Below, in pieces: positions 31,082 through 41,467 of a DNA stretch of 64,000 bases. Source of the DNA: an uncultured Campylobacter sp. (GTDB lineage: Bacteria > Campylobacterota > Campylobacteria > Campylobacterales > Campylobacteraceae); NCBI GenBank assembly GCA_963525605.1, contig CAURKZ010000004.1, forward strand, positions 95,379 through 159,378, written 5' to 3'. The position numbers were made by a program, and so were the translations under genes. Under the pieces are notes generated by a model. It was given only the letters and a program-made list of their open reading frames with translations. It had not been told where the DNA came from and did not search any database. How positions within the stretch are numbered: position 1 is the stretch's first letter; each line of letters opens with the position of its first letter.

Positions 31082-31980
31082 TACTCTTCGCTTCCCTCTT
31101 CGTGCAGCGATTTGTCACTCGTGTCGTCAATCTGCACAGCGTTTTTGCTCAGCACGTTGATTACATCGCTTAAATACTGCCTCATCTCAGCTCTAGGAAC
31201 GATCGCATCAATTAATCCGTGCTCGAGCAGAAATTCCGATCTTTGAAAGCCCTCCGGCAGATCAGCTCCGATGGTTTGCTTGATAACGCGCTGCCCGGCA
31301 AAGCCAATGAGAGCGCCGGGCTCTGCGATGATGATATCTCCCAGCCACGCAAAGGACGCGCTCACGCCGCCCATCGTAGGATCGGTAAGAACGGAGATGA
31401 AAGGAATCTTATGCTCGGATAAAATTTTAAGCGCGGCGGAGGTTTTGCTCATCTGCATTAGCGAAAAGGTGCTTTCTTGCATCCTAGCACCACCACTTGC
31501 GCTTACGATGATTAGCGGCTCGTTTTTATCAAGGCTGCGTTTTACTGCGCGCACGATCTTTTCGCCCTCTACAGAGCCCAGGCTTCCGCCCATGAAGTTA
31601 AAATCAAACACCACGAGCTGAATTTTTTGGCGACTTATAGCGCCCTCGCCTGCGATAACCGCGCTAAGCCTGCCCGTTTTTTCTTTGCTCTCGGCAATAC
31701 GCTTTTTGTAGGATTTTTTATCGACGAATTTTAGCGGATCGACGGGTTGTAAATTTTGATCGTACTCCACGAAAGATCCTTCATCGCAGATCAAATCGAT
31801 GCGAGCCTGCGCATCAAAACGAAGGTGATAGTTACACTTGGGGCAAACGCTATGATTTTGCTCGACCTCTTTGCTATACATCAGTGCGCCGCATCCCGGG
31901 CACTTTATCCAGTGCGTAGGAGCTTCACTCGGCGCAGGTTGCGTCCTACGTATTTTTGAAAATAGATCTCCAAAATTCAT
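31081..31980 (-). CDS. accD: acetyl-CoA carboxylase carboxyltransferase beta subunit
   Basis: Zinc ribbon [41 protein letters not shown] and SGGARMQE motifs. Confidence 0.95.
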   Translation of the reverse strand: MNFGDLFSKIRRTQPAPSEAPTHWIKCPGCGALMYSKEVEQNHSVCPKCNYHLRFDAQARIDLICDEGSFVEYDQNLQPVDPLKFVDKKSYKKRIAESKEKTGRLSAVIAGEGAISRQKIQLVVFDFNFMGGSLGSVEGEKIVRAVKRSLDKNEPLIIVSASGGARMQESTFSLMQMSKTSAALKILSEHKIPFISVLTDPTMGGVSASFAWLGDIIIAEPGALIGFAGQRVIKQTIGADLPEGFQRSEFLLEHGLIDAIVPRAEMRQYLSDVINVLSKNAVQIDDTSDKSLHEEGSEE

Positions 31981-32073
31981 ATGATTTCCTTTAAATTCTA
32001 TGAAATGAAACTTCTGATTATAACCTAAAATTCTTTATTTAAATTTATATGTGAATTTCGCTAAAATAGGAAA

Positions 32074-32688
32074 ATGCAAGGATTTATATTAAAAACGACC
32101 AAGGTTAGGGATGAGGACTGCATCGTAGACGTGCTAAGCGAAAGTGCGCTCGTACGTGCGTACCGCTTTTACGGCGCGCGCCATTCAAACATCATCCAGG
32201 GCTATAAAATCGACTTCGAGCTCTCGCAAAATCAAAGCTTCCTCCCTCGCCTTAGCGGCGTGATGCACCTAGGATACTCGTGGCTCGGAAACCGCGAGAA
32301 GCTTTTGTTTTGGCAGCAGTTTATGCGGCTTTTGCACGCGCATCTAAAAGACGCCGAGCATCTGGATAAATTCTATTACGAGCTGCTAAACCGAGCTGCT
32401 GCGCACTTCGGAAAACAAAATCCGCGCCGTATAATCGTAGAAAGCTACGCCGAAATTTTAAAATTTGAGGGGCGGTTGCACGACGAGCCATATTGTTTTT
32501 TATGTGATGAGGAAATTTTAGAAGATATCGCGCTATGCCGCGGCTTTTTGCCTGCGCACGAGCATTGCGCACAAAGAGCGGGCTTTACGCAGGATGAAAT
32601 TTTAGAATTTTTACGAAGCAAAAAGACGCTAAATTTAAACGACGAAACGGCAGAGAGGCTCTACGACATAACGCTTGAGGGGCTTTGA
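32074..32688 (+). CDS. recO: DNA repair protein RecO
   Basis: 204 aa. N-terminal OB-fold pattern (GFILKTTKVRDEDCIVDVLSE...RFYGARHS). C-terminal Cys/His cluster (CFLCDE...HEHC). Confidence 0.7.
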   Translation: MQGFILKTTKVRDEDCIVDVLSESALVRAYRFYGARHSNIIQGYKIDFELSQNQSFLPRLSGVMHLGYSWLGNREKLLFWQQFMRLLHAHLKDAEHLDKFYYELLNRAAAHFGKQNPRRIIVESYAEILKFEGRLHDEPYCFLCDEEILEDIALCRGFLPAHEHCAQRAGFTQDEILEFLRSKKTLNLNDETAERLYDITLEGL

Positions 32689-32859
32689 TCTGTAGCGCGT
32701 TTGATGTGGACGTAAAATTTCAAAGCTCAAGCGCTAAATTTAAAATTTCGTAGAATTTCAAAATTCATGAGCGGGCGGCTTTGCGCTTTATTTGTCTTCT
32801 ACTCGCGCCGAGCCGAATAATCCCGCATTGCGCGGGGTTTGCATTAAATTTTAACTGGA

Positions 32860-33426
32860 CTAGCTAAAAAGCTTTTTCATCGCCTTAAAAAACATTGCGG
32901 TGAGCGGATTTGATTTGCCTGAGACCTTTGCGATCCAGCTCTCATAGGTTTCGCCTTTGCTTTTTAAAAAGTCCACGAGCGCCTTTTGGCTAGCCTGCAT
33001 ACCGCCGTTTCTTTCAGCATCCAGCAACGCCCTGTAAATTGGCTCTATAGTTTCGATCGCGGATCTTGGCGGAGCCTTACGAAATGCCGTGTATTCGGTG
33101 ATCTGCCCTGTCACAGGATCTTTTTTAGAAGTAAATTCCGTAATGACCCAATAAAAGCGCCCGTCTTTGGCTAAATTTTTAACCACGGCGGTAAAATCCT
33201 TGCCTTGTTGTATCGTATCCCACATGAGCTTAAACGCTATGCGCGGCATGTCCGGATGTCGTATGATGTTATGCGGCTGCCCTAAAAGCTCAAGCTCACT
33301 ATAGCCGCAAATCATACAAAAATACGGATTTGCAAACGTGATAATGCCCTTCGGATCGGTTTTGGAAACGATATAGCGCTTCTCATCTAGTTTGATTTCC
33401 TGATTAATCGGAGTTGGTCTTTGCAT
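32860..33426 (-). CDS. stand-alone Aer/CetB-like PAS-domain energy-taxis sensor
   Basis: 188 aa. IVSKTDPKGIITFANPYFCMICGYSELELLGQPHNIIRHPDMP...KDGRFYWV is the Aer-type (FAD-binding) PAS pattern. No MCP signalling domain. Confidence 0.78.
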   Translation of the reverse strand: MQRPTPINQEIKLDEKRYIVSKTDPKGIITFANPYFCMICGYSELELLGQPHNIIRHPDMPRIAFKLMWDTIQQGKDFTAVVKNLAKDGRFYWVITEFTSKKDPVTGQITEYTAFRKAPPRSAIETIEPIYRALLDAERNGGMQASQKALVDFLKSKGETYESWIAKVSGKSNPLTAMFFKAMKKLFS

Positions 33427-33582
33427 TTTTAATCCTTTGCTTAAAAATTTATTGCAGAGTATATAAAATTTTTCTTTTCAGAAATATTAAATTTTCGTTA
33501 AATTTTTATAAATGTTAAATCTTTAAGTGAATTTTTAAAATTTAATGTATAATCTCAAATCAAAATTTCAAAAGGCAGTGCG

Positions 33583-34815
33583 TTGAAAAATCCCTTCCTA
33601 TCGCTTAAATACTCAAATTTTAGAATTTATTGGATCGGGATGAACCTCTCGCTGATCGGTTCTTGGATGCAAAGCGTCGCGCTACCGTGGCTAGTGCTAA
33701 GCATCACCGCAGACGCTTTTAAGGTCAGCCTCGTAGCTGCGGCGAGGTTCTTGCCCGCGCTACTTTTCACGCCGTTTTCCGGTGTACTGCTCGATAAGTT
33801 TAATCGCAAAAAGATCCTTTTGCTCGCTCAAATAGGCATGGCGGCGACCGCCTCAATTTTCGCGGTTATGAGCTTTTGCGAGCTATATTCTTTCGGCAAA
33901 ATTTTATTTTGCGCTTTTGCAAGCGGCATCTTTACCAGCATGGATGCCCCGAGCCGTCAGTCGATGGTAAAAGACCTCATCGACTCGCCCCGCGATCTAG
34001 CCAACGCCATAGCGTTAAATTCTATGTCCTTTAATGTCGCTCGTATCGCAGGACCCGCACTTGCGGGGATCGTGATGGCGCTGTGGGGCGTGGGCTTTTG
34101 CTTTTTATTCAATGCACTTAGCTTTTTAGGCATCATCGTTTCGCTGTTTTTCATAAAAATTCCGCCATCCGCTACTACGCTATCTAGCAGAAGCGGAGGC
34201 GTTTTTGCCTCGATCGGTGCTGGAATTTCGTATGTATCGCACAAAAAAATTCTAAGCGAGCTAATGATAATAGTGCTTATCGTAGCGACGCTGGTGCCAA
34301 ATTATAATGTAACAATCTCGGCGCTTGTTAAGCTTAGCCTGGGCGCGGATGAGCGAAGCTTCGGATATTTGATGTCGGCTCTAGGCGTGGGAGCCTTTTG
34401 CGGCGCGCTTTTCGTAGCAGTTTTTGATAAACTTGGCATCCGCAAAATCAGATCGTGCGCGATCGCTATGGGGGTGAGCTTAGCTCTTACTGGGGCTGCG
34501 AATTCCTTCACATGGGCTGCGGCAGGGCTTGCCGTAACTGGATTTCTTTTCGTAATCACAAACTCAAGCATCAACTCCACCGTGCAGATGCACGTAAGCA
34601 ACGAATTCCGCGGGCGCGTGCTTAGCTTATACGCGCTATTTTTAATAGGTAGTACGCCATTTGGAGCGCTCATATCGGGCTTTTTTACCGAGTTATTAGG
34701 CGCTCGCGTAGCCCTTGCGATCTGCGGCGCAATTAGCATTTTGCTACTGCTAGCGCTATTTTATGGCTTTAAAATACGGCGCAGGACGCATTTTATCTTT
34801 CGAGATAAAGTCTAA
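33583..34815 (+). CDS. MFS transporter
   Basis: 410 aa, TTG start, 12 predicted TM helices, GVLLDKFNRKKIL loop motif. Confidence 0.8.
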   Translation: MKNPFLSLKYSNFRIYWIGMNLSLIGSWMQSVALPWLVLSITADAFKVSLVAAARFLPALLFTPFSGVLLDKFNRKKILLLAQIGMAATASIFAVMSFCELYSFGKILFCAFASGIFTSMDAPSRQSMVKDLIDSPRDLANAIALNSMSFNVARIAGPALAGIVMALWGVGFCFLFNALSFLGIIVSLFFIKIPPSATTLSSRSGGVFASIGAGISYVSHKKILSELMIIVLIVATLVPNYNVTISALVKLSLGADERSFGYLMSALGVGAFCGALFVAVFDKLGIRKIRSCAIAMGVSLALTGAANSFTWAAAGLAVTGFLFVITNSSINSTVQMHVSNEFRGRVLSLYALFLIGSTPFGALISGFFTELLGARVALAICGAISILLLLALFYGFKIRRRTHFIFRDKV

Positions 34816-34900
34816 GCCAAAAGCTGCATTATCAAAATTAACCTTATTTTTACGATAAAGCCTTAGAATTCCTACCGAAATTTAAAGGTAAGGAGTTTTT

Positions 34901-37165
34901 ATGAATAGACGAAATTTCTTAAAAAGCAGCGCCGCAATCGGCACGCTAGCGACGCTAAATCTAAATTTAAACGCTAGCGCGGTCACCGGCGGGACGGAAA
35001 AGAAAGTCGCCAGCGTCTGCGAGATGTGCTCCTCGCGCTGTCCTATCGAAGTGACCGTCAAAGACGGCCGCGGCGCTTTCATCGAGGGCAACCACAGGTT
35101 TGCAAACAAAACCTCCGTCTGCGCTCGCGGCGGAGCGGGCATCAATCAGCTCTACGACGATCAAAGGCTCATTAAGCCGCTCATTCGCGTAGGCGAGCGC
35201 GGCGAGGGCAAATTTAAAGAAGCTAGCTGGGACGAGGCGCTTAAAATTTGCGCGCAGAGGCTGGGCGAGATTTCGCAAAAATACGGCCCGCAAAGCGTAG
35301 TTTTTACCTCCAAAACGGGCGAACACCACACTCAGATGATGAATTTCGCCTGTGCCTACGGCAGCCCGAACATCTACTCGCACTGGTCTTGCTGTCCGGT
35401 CACCTACAATATCGCCATACCGCACACCTTCGGCGCTAATATGCAAAGAGACTACGGCGACGCAAAATATATCGTAAATTTCGGCCACAATCTTTTTGAG
35501 GGCATCGACATCTCAAAAACCAAAAAGCTTGCAAAAGCCGCGAGCAGAGAGGACGTAAAGCTTTTGGTGCTCGATCCGCGCTTTAGCGTCGTAGCTTCCA
35601 AAGCTGACGAGTGGCTGCCGATAAAGCCGGGAACCGACGCAGCGTTTTTGATGGCGCTGATTCACGTCTGGCTGCGCGATAACAAATACGACAAAAAATT
35701 TATCGAACAATACGCCGTAGGGCTAGAGGAATTAAGGCAGTCTGTGAAGGATACGACGCCGCTTTGGCAGGAGGCCATCACGGGGATCAAAGCGGACAAG
35801 GTAGAGCGCATTGCAAATGAAATTTACGCTGCGGCTCCCGCAGTCGTAATCGACTGGAGTCATAAAACCACGACCGCCAAAGCCGAATACGTCCGCACGC
35901 GCGCCATCGCAATCGCAAACGCGCTGATGGGAAACGTCGAGAAAAAGGGCGGAATTTACTTCTCTAAAGACTCCAAAACCTTCAACGCGCTTTGCAAAGA
36001 GGATCTATTCCCTACCATCTCAAACCCGGATAAGGAGTTTAAAATTCCAAAGACCGCGCGCATCGACGGCTGCGGCGAAGAAGGTAGCGAAAATTTCTTC
36101 GTGCCGCGCAAACACGGCGTTTTGATGCAGATCGCGCCTACGATTTTAAGCGAAAAGCCTTACCCTGTAAAAGGCTGGGTCAGCACGCGCTTTAACCACC
36201 TCATCAACGTTGCGGGCGTGGATAAGAGCGTAGAAGCGATCAAAAAGCTGGACTTCGTGCTCGCAATCGACGTGTATATGAGCGACTTCGCGTGCCTAGC
36301 CGACGTGATCTTGCCCGAATCCACCTATTTGGAGCGCGACGAGTCGATTCAAAACAAAGGCGGCACCGCGCCGGGATTTGTGATGCGAAACAAAGCCGTC
36401 GAGCCGGTGGGCGATACGAAGTGCGGCTATGAAATTTTTAGAGAGCTTGCAAGGATGATGAAGATCGATAAGGACTACACTTGGAACAACATCGACGAAT
36501 ACCGTATGCAGCAAGCCAAAGGCAACGCCGAGCTAATCGCAAATTTAATCAAGAACGGCTACGTAAGCTACAAAGTGCCGAAGCTGTATTACCGAGAGCC
36601 GAAGCTCGTGGCTAAATTTATTGATAAATATCCTGCTGCGGCGGAGTTCGTGGACGAAAACGGCGAGATGAGCTCGCAGATGAAATTTAAAACCCCGAGC
36701 GGTAAGATCGAGCTTTTCGCGCCGAAAGTGGAGGAGCTTTTTGCGGGATACGGCTGCTTAAACACCGAGGGTATGGACGTGTTCGGCGGGCATAAATACT
36801 GCCTAATGACCGGCAAGACCGCGCTTCACACCAACGGCCACACTCAAAATGTCAAAATTTTAAACGATATGATGAGCGAATCGCCGGTTTGGATCAGCCT
36901 AGCTTCTGCAAAAGCGGAGGGGCTAAAGACGGGCGATATTGTAAAGCTCAAAAATAAATTCGGCGAGCAAAAGGCTAAAATTTTCGTCACGCAAGGCATC
37001 AGAGACGACTGCCTGTTTTTATACCACGGCTTTGGGCACGTAAGCCCGGGGCTAAAGCGCACGAACGGTGTAGGCACCAACCAAAGCGTCCTTCTCGATC
37101 CCGCTGCGGGTCCTGTGGTAAGCACGATGGTAACCAACGTCGGTGTCGATATAGTTAAAATTTAA
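34901..37165 (+). CDS. Tat-exported molybdopterin oxidoreductase catalytic subunit (PsrA/PhsA polysulfide/thiosulfate-reductase-like)
   Basis: AAGGAG SD. Twin-arginine signal MNRRNFLKSSAAIG. N-terminal FeS motif CEMCSSRCP...C. ~750-aa MopB architecture. Confidence 0.88.
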   Translation: MNRRNFLKSSAAIGTLATLNLNLNASAVTGGTEKKVASVCEMCSSRCPIEVTVKDGRGAFIEGNHRFANKTSVCARGGAGINQLYDDQRLIKPLIRVGERGEGKFKEASWDEALKICAQRLGEISQKYGPQSVVFTSKTGEHHTQMMNFACAYGSPNIYSHWSCCPVTYNIAIPHTFGANMQRDYGDAKYIVNFGHNLFEGIDISKTKKLAKAASREDVKLLVLDPRFSVVASKADEWLPIKPGTDAAFLMALIHVWLRDNKYDKKFIEQYAVGLEELRQSVKDTTPLWQEAITGIKADKVERIANEIYAAAPAVVIDWSHKTTTAKAEYVRTRAIAIANALMGNVEKKGGIYFSKDSKTFNALCKEDLFPTISNPDKEFKIPKTARIDGCGEEGSENFFVPRKHGVLMQIAPTILSEKPYPVKGWVSTRFNHLINVAGVDKSVEAIKKLDFVLAIDVYMSDFACLADVILPESTYLERDESIQNKGGTAPGFVMRNKAVEPVGDTKCGYEIFRELARMMKIDKDYTWNNIDEYRMQQAKGNAELIANLIKNGYVSYKVPKLYYREPKLVAKFIDKYPAAAEFVDENGEMSSQMKFKTPSGKIELFAPKVEELFAGYGCLNTEGMDVFGGHKYCLMTGKTALHTNGHTQNVKILNDMMSESPVWISLASAKAEGLKTGDIVKLKNKFGEQKAKIFVTQGIRDDCLFLYHGFGHVSPGLKRTNGVGTNQSVLLDPAAGPVVSTMVTNVGVDIVKI

Positions 37166-37175
37166 GGGAGCGGTT

Positions 37176-37742
37176 ATGAAAAAACTCATAATGATTCACG
37201 ACGAAAATTTATGTATAGGTTGCCAAGCCTGTTCGGTTGCGTGCAGGAACGAAAACGGCGTGCCTAGCGGCGTTTATAGGCTGCAAGTGCACGGCAAAAC
37301 AAGCGGCGTTTTTCCAAATTTAAAGCTCGATTATTCGCGCGCCAGCTGCGTTATGTGCGAGGATAGCCCCTGCGTGGACGTCTGCCCTACGGGAGCGAGC
37401 TTTAAAACCAAAGACGGCGTAACACTCATAGACGAGAGGCTTTGCGTCAGCTGCAAATACTGCATCCTGGCCTGTCCTTACGACGCTAGATTTGTCGATC
37501 CTATCACGCACGCTATCGGCAAATGTACCTTTTGCTACACGAACCGCACGAGCAAAGGCTTGCAGCCTGCCTGCGTAAGCGTGTGCCCAACAGATGCTTT
37601 AACTTTCGGCGACGTAAATGACGTAAATTCCGAGGTAAGCAAGCTGCTAGCCAAAACAAGCGTAGAATATCCAAAAGCATATCTAAACACCAAGCCGCGT
37701 CTAGCGAATATCAAAAACAAAAAAGGAGGACGCTATGAATAA
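37176..37742 (+). CDS. 4Fe-4S ferredoxin-type electron-transfer subunit (PsrB/PhsB/NrfC-like)
   Basis: 188 aa with CIGCQACSVAC, CVMCEDSPCVDVCP, CVSCKYCILACP, CTFC...CVSVCP clusters. Confidence 0.9.
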   Translation: MKKLIMIHDENLCIGCQACSVACRNENGVPSGVYRLQVHGKTSGVFPNLKLDYSRASCVMCEDSPCVDVCPTGASFKTKDGVTLIDERLCVSCKYCILACPYDARFVDPITHAIGKCTFCYTNRTSKGLQPACVSVCPTDALTFGDVNDVNSEVSKLLAKTSVEYPKAYLNTKPRLANIKNKKGGRYE

Positions 37743-38706
37743 TATGTGGGGCGATATGAGCCAATACTCTGAAATTTACTGGCCTTGGCCGATCGCAGTT
37801 TATCTATTTTTGGCAGGTCTTAGCGCGGGAGCGACGATGGTAGCGCTTTTAGTCAAATGGAACCGCCACGAAAGCGAGCAAAATTCTATCTGGGACGCGA
37901 TGATTAGAGCGGGCGCGATCACGGCGCCGATCACGATCTGCGCGGGGCTTTTGCTTTTGATCTTCGATCTGGGCAAGCCTCTTACCTTCTATCTTTTGCT
38001 GATCAAATTTAACTTCGGCTCTGTAATGAGTCTCGGCGTGGCGGCGCTTTTAATCTACGTGCCGCTTAGCTTTGTATTTGCGCTATGCGTCTTCGGCGAG
38101 GAAATTTGTAAATTTAAACTGCTCGCCTTTCTGCGACCTATCGTAAATTTACTAAGCTCGTTCGCCAAAGCTTCCAAGCTCTTCGAGCGGGTTTTGTTTA
38201 TCCTTGCTCTTTGCGTAGGTGCATACACGGGCTTTTTGCTAAGCGCGGTGATGAAAATTCCGCTTTGGAATACTCCGGTGCTGCCGATTTTATTTTTGCT
38301 ATCGGGCTTTTCCAGCGGCATCGCGGCAAGCATTTTAGTTGGACTTCTGTTTTTTAAAGGCTCGTTAAACAAAGATAGCATAAAATACCTTTTGGTGCTT
38401 GATTTGCGCGCGATACTCTTTGAGATTCCGCTTTTGTTCATTCTATTTGTCGGGATGTATTTCGAGGGCGGCACGAGCGCGCTTGCGGCACAGCAGGCTT
38501 TGACGCACGAGGTTTACGGTAAAATTTTCTGGATCGGCGTTTTAGGCACGGGGCTCATCGCTCCGATCATCATCGCCTTTACGGCGCTGAAAAACCACGC
38601 CTACAAGCCTGCGTTTATAGTTTTAAATTCTTTCGTCGTGCTTTGCGGCGTCATTCTGCTTCGCTACTACATCGTATATGCGGGGCAAATTTGCACGGGA
38701 GCGTAG
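37735..38706 (+). CDS. NrfD/PsrC-type quinol-interacting membrane anchor subunit
   Basis: 323 aa, about 8 TM helices. Start overlaps the previous stop. Third gene of the operon. Confidence 0.85.
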   Translation: MNNMWGDMSQYSEIYWPWPIAVYLFLAGLSAGATMVALLVKWNRHESEQNSIWDAMIRAGAITAPITICAGLLLLIFDLGKPLTFYLLLIKFNFGSVMSLGVAALLIYVPLSFVFALCVFGEEICKFKLLAFLRPIVNLLSSFAKASKLFERVLFILALCVGAYTGFLLSAVMKIPLWNTPVLPILFLLSGFSSGIAASILVGLLFFKGSLNKDSIKYLLVLDLRAILFEIPLLFILFVGMYFEGGTSALAAQQALTHEVYGKIFWIGVLGTGLIAPIIIAFTALKNHAYKPAFIVLNSFVVLCGVILLRYYIVYAGQICTGA

Positions 38707-38732
38707 TCTCGCTCCCAATTTAGGGAACGAGT

Positions 38733-39386
38733 TTGAAAATTTTACTTTTAGAAGACGATTTTGAATACAGAAGCAGCGTAAGCGAGTATCTGCAGGAGCT
38801 CGGCTACGAGGTGGACGAATGCGAAAGCGGCGACGCAGCCTGCGATAAGATCGCCGCGAATACCTACCACTTGCTGATTTTAGACATCAAAGTGCCGGAG
38901 GTTTCGGGCGAAGAGGTGCTGAGATACGCGCGAAACCTCGGTCTTAACACCCCCGTGATGATGATGACCTCGCTCGGCGACATCGACGATTTGAGCCAAT
39001 GCTACGAGCTAGGCTGTAACGAATATCTAAAAAAGCCATTCCACCTAGCCGAGCTTAAATTTAGAGTAAGCGAGCTGATGCGAAAGTATTTCGGCGACGA
39101 AAAAGGCGCCGTCAAGATCGCGGATAAATTTCACTACTTCGCAAATTTAAAAATTTTAAAACGCGCGGACGAAGAGATATCGCTAAGCGCCAAAGAGATC
39201 AAAATCATAGAATTTCTGCTCGCCAATATCAAAAGATTCGTTAGCGTAGATGAACTCATCGCCGACGTGTGGGACGGCGAAGCGGGCAGCGTCGATGTGC
39301 GCGTGCATATCAGCAACCTCCGCTCCAAAACGAGCAACGACTTCATCCTCTCCAGCCGCGGACTCGGATATAAGATCAATGCTTAA
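38733..39386 (+). CDS. OmpR-family response regulator
   Basis: TTG start. Receiver domain (KILLLEDD, LLILDIKVP, KKPF) plus winged-helix output (LSAKEIKIIEFL, RGLGYKI). Confidence 0.88.
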   Translation: MKILLLEDDFEYRSSVSEYLQELGYEVDECESGDAACDKIAANTYHLLILDIKVPEVSGEEVLRYARNLGLNTPVMMMTSLGDIDDLSQCYELGCNEYLKKPFHLAELKFRVSELMRKYFGDEKGAVKIADKFHYFANLKILKRADEEISLSAKEIKIIEFLLANIKRFVSVDELIADVWDGEAGSVDVRVHISNLRSKTSNDFILSSRGLGYKINA

Positions 39387-40497
39387 AGGGTTTAAATTTA
39401 CGCTTTTTAGCGCGATTTTCATCATCGGCGCTTTTATAAGCGAGAGTCTTTATATAATCTATTTAAATTCCAAAATCGAGGAGAGCGCCGACGTCGCCGA
39501 GCTGATACAAAAAAGCAGCGAAGCTCTAAGCGGAGCGTATCCCGATCTAAAAGACGAGCTAATTTACGACTACGCGATCCTAAACGCAAACGGCGAAATT
39601 TTAAGATCAAACCTAAGCGTCCAACCGCCGGATTTTGCATTTATCACGCTGAAATTTGGCGGACGGGTATTTTTTAAGCGCCACTTTCTGCATGAGGGCA
39701 AGCTGTATTTTTTCGTAATCTCAAAAAAGATAAGCTACGCCAAGATAGAATTTATCGCGATCTCTACGATCTTTATCACGATTTTCGTAGCGCTCATCAT
39801 CGCGCTGTTTAACTACAAAATCATAAAAAATTTCTACGCGCAGCAAAGCAACCTCATCAAGGCGTTTTTCAACGACGCGATGCACGAGCTAAAGACCCCT
39901 CTGGGCGTCGCGCTCATCAACACTGAGATGCTTGGGCTGCGCGACAAACACACTGCGCGTATCAAATCCGCACTCAAGCAGATGGTAATTACTTACGAGG
40001 ACGTGGAGTACTTCATCAAAAGCGGCAAGATGAGCTTCAAAAGCCGTCGCATCGATATGAGCGAGTTTTTGGGCGCTAGGATAAATTTCATCTATCTGGT
40101 CGCAAAAAGCAAAAACATAAGCCTACAATCGCGAATAGCGCCAGATGTGAGCGTTTTTATGGACGAGACCTCGCTTATGCGCCTCATCGATAACACCCTA
40201 AGCAACGCCATAAAATACTCGCGCCCCGGCGGCAAGATCATCATCGGGCTGGAAAAAGGGGTGAGCATAGCGGTCTTTAGCGTGCAGGACTTCGGCATCG
40301 GCATAAAGGATACGAGCGCGATCTGGGATAGATACTCGCGCGAAAACGCGGCTCTTGGCGGATTCGGCCTCGGGCTAAACATAATCGATAAAATTTGCAA
40401 GCGCTACGGAATCGCAAAAAGCGTCAGCTCGAAGCTCGGTGAGGGCAGCACCTTTTGCTACAAAATCCCGCTGTTTAAGCAGAAACTTTTGGACTAA
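39379..40497 (+). CDS. sensor histidine kinase
   Basis: ATG at 39379 overlaps the RR stop. Two TM helices flank a ~110-aa periplasmic segment. H-box FFNDAMHELKTPL, N-box LSNAIKYS, G-boxes DFGIGI / GFGLGLNI. Confidence 0.85.
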   Translation: MLKGFKFTLFSAIFIIGAFISESLYIIYLNSKIEESADVAELIQKSSEALSGAYPDLKDELIYDYAILNANGEILRSNLSVQPPDFAFITLKFGGRVFFKRHFLHEGKLYFFVISKKISYAKIEFIAISTIFITIFVALIIALFNYKIIKNFYAQQSNLIKAFFNDAMHELKTPLGVALINTEMLGLRDKHTARIKSALKQMVITYEDVEYFIKSGKMSFKSRRIDMSEFLGARINFIYLVAKSKNISLQSRIAPDVSVFMDETSLMRLIDNTLSNAIKYSRPGGKIIIGLEKGVSIAVFSVQDFGIGIKDTSAIWDRYSRENAALGGFGLGLNIIDKICKRYGIAKSVSSKLGEGSTFCYKIPLFKQKLLD

Positions 40498-40588
40498 AAC
40501 GGCACGTAAATTTAGGCGCAAATTTAAAATTTTAAAAGTAAAATTTACGCGGCTAGGGCTTTTTAAAATTTCGTTTTGAAGCGGCTTT

Positions 40589-41419
40589 TCAGCCACCCTT
40601 ACCTAAACTATTTGCTATATCTTCAGGATTATAACTTACATCATAATCCAAATTTCCGCAATTATCTATATCGCCTATATTTAATCTTGGATATGAATAT
40701 TTTGATTGTCTAATTTCCGAATTAAACATTTTTTTATCAAGTATCATATTTCTAGCGCTACTATCATAAAAATTGTAATGAAGTATAAAATTATATCCAT
40801 ACGCAATCTTTTTGTCTCTTAATATTATTGCATTATCTAATATAATGATACCGCTCCAACCGTTATTTGCTAAAAAGATAGGTTTGTCAAATCCAGCCAC
40901 CATTCTATTCAAATCAATTTTTAAATATTTTATCGGATTTGTTTTTTTGATTTTTAATTTATCAAATAATAATATATTTCTAGCTTTTTCATCCAAATCT
41001 GATTTATATTCATCATCTTTGATTAAGCTATATAAATCTTTATAGTAATTTATTGTCTTTTCTAGCCAATTATCTAAATTTATATCGTCAGCCAATTCGT
41101 AATATCCAATTTTAATCTTGCTTTTCATTGACGAACCATATGCATAAATTCTTGCTTTATCCATCTTTTGTTCATATATTAGTTTCTTATCTAAAAACTG
41201 AACTATAGCCCTTCTATAGAACTCCTCTTTATCTAAAATTCTATTCTCGGCTAAACAATAACCTTGTTTGTATTTGTTATAGCCAAAAACGGAAACGACG
41301 GCGAAGCCTCGTGAAGTGGAGTAATCAGGGATTGTTCGGATAAACGCGGCGCAGAGTATTATTATAAGAAGTAGCGCTCCAGCTAGCGCTTTAAATTTAA
41401 CGGATTTATAAAATTTCAT
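40589..41419 (-). CDS. signal-anchored hypothetical protein, tandem paralog 1
   Basis: 276 aa, AT-rich. The N-terminal 60 aa are nearly identical to the next gene (MKFYKS.KFKALAGALL...IPDYSTSRGFAVVS.FGYNKYKQGYCL). Ends ...KGG. Confidence 0.6.
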   Translation of the reverse strand: MKFYKSVKFKALAGALLLIIILCAAFIRTIPDYSTSRGFAVVSVFGYNKYKQGYCLAENRILDKEEFYRRAIVQFLDKKLIYEQKMDKARIYAYGSSMKSKIKIGYYELADDINLDNWLEKTINYYKDLYSLIKDDEYKSDLDEKARNILLFDKLKIKKTNPIKYLKIDLNRMVAGFDKPIFLANNGWSGIIILDNAIILRDKKIAYGYNFILHYNFYDSSARNMILDKKMFNSEIRQSKYSYPRLNIGDIDNCGNLDYDVSYNPEDIANSLGKGG

Positions 41420-41467
41420 ACCGACGCTCCTTTTAAAATTTAAAATTTCAGTTGTTTACTCGGCTTT

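Noticed and set aside
34967-35488. 173-aa minus-strand ORF, plus other antisense ORFs within 35.2-37.7 kb.
   Set aside because: They are antisense to the well-supported molybdoenzyme and ferredoxin genes, with no motifs.
34901-37165. Selenocysteine/TGA recoding in the molybdoenzyme catalytic subunit.
   Set aside because: The ORF is continuous with no in-frame TGA, and a Cys-containing motif is present. Nothing suggests recoding.
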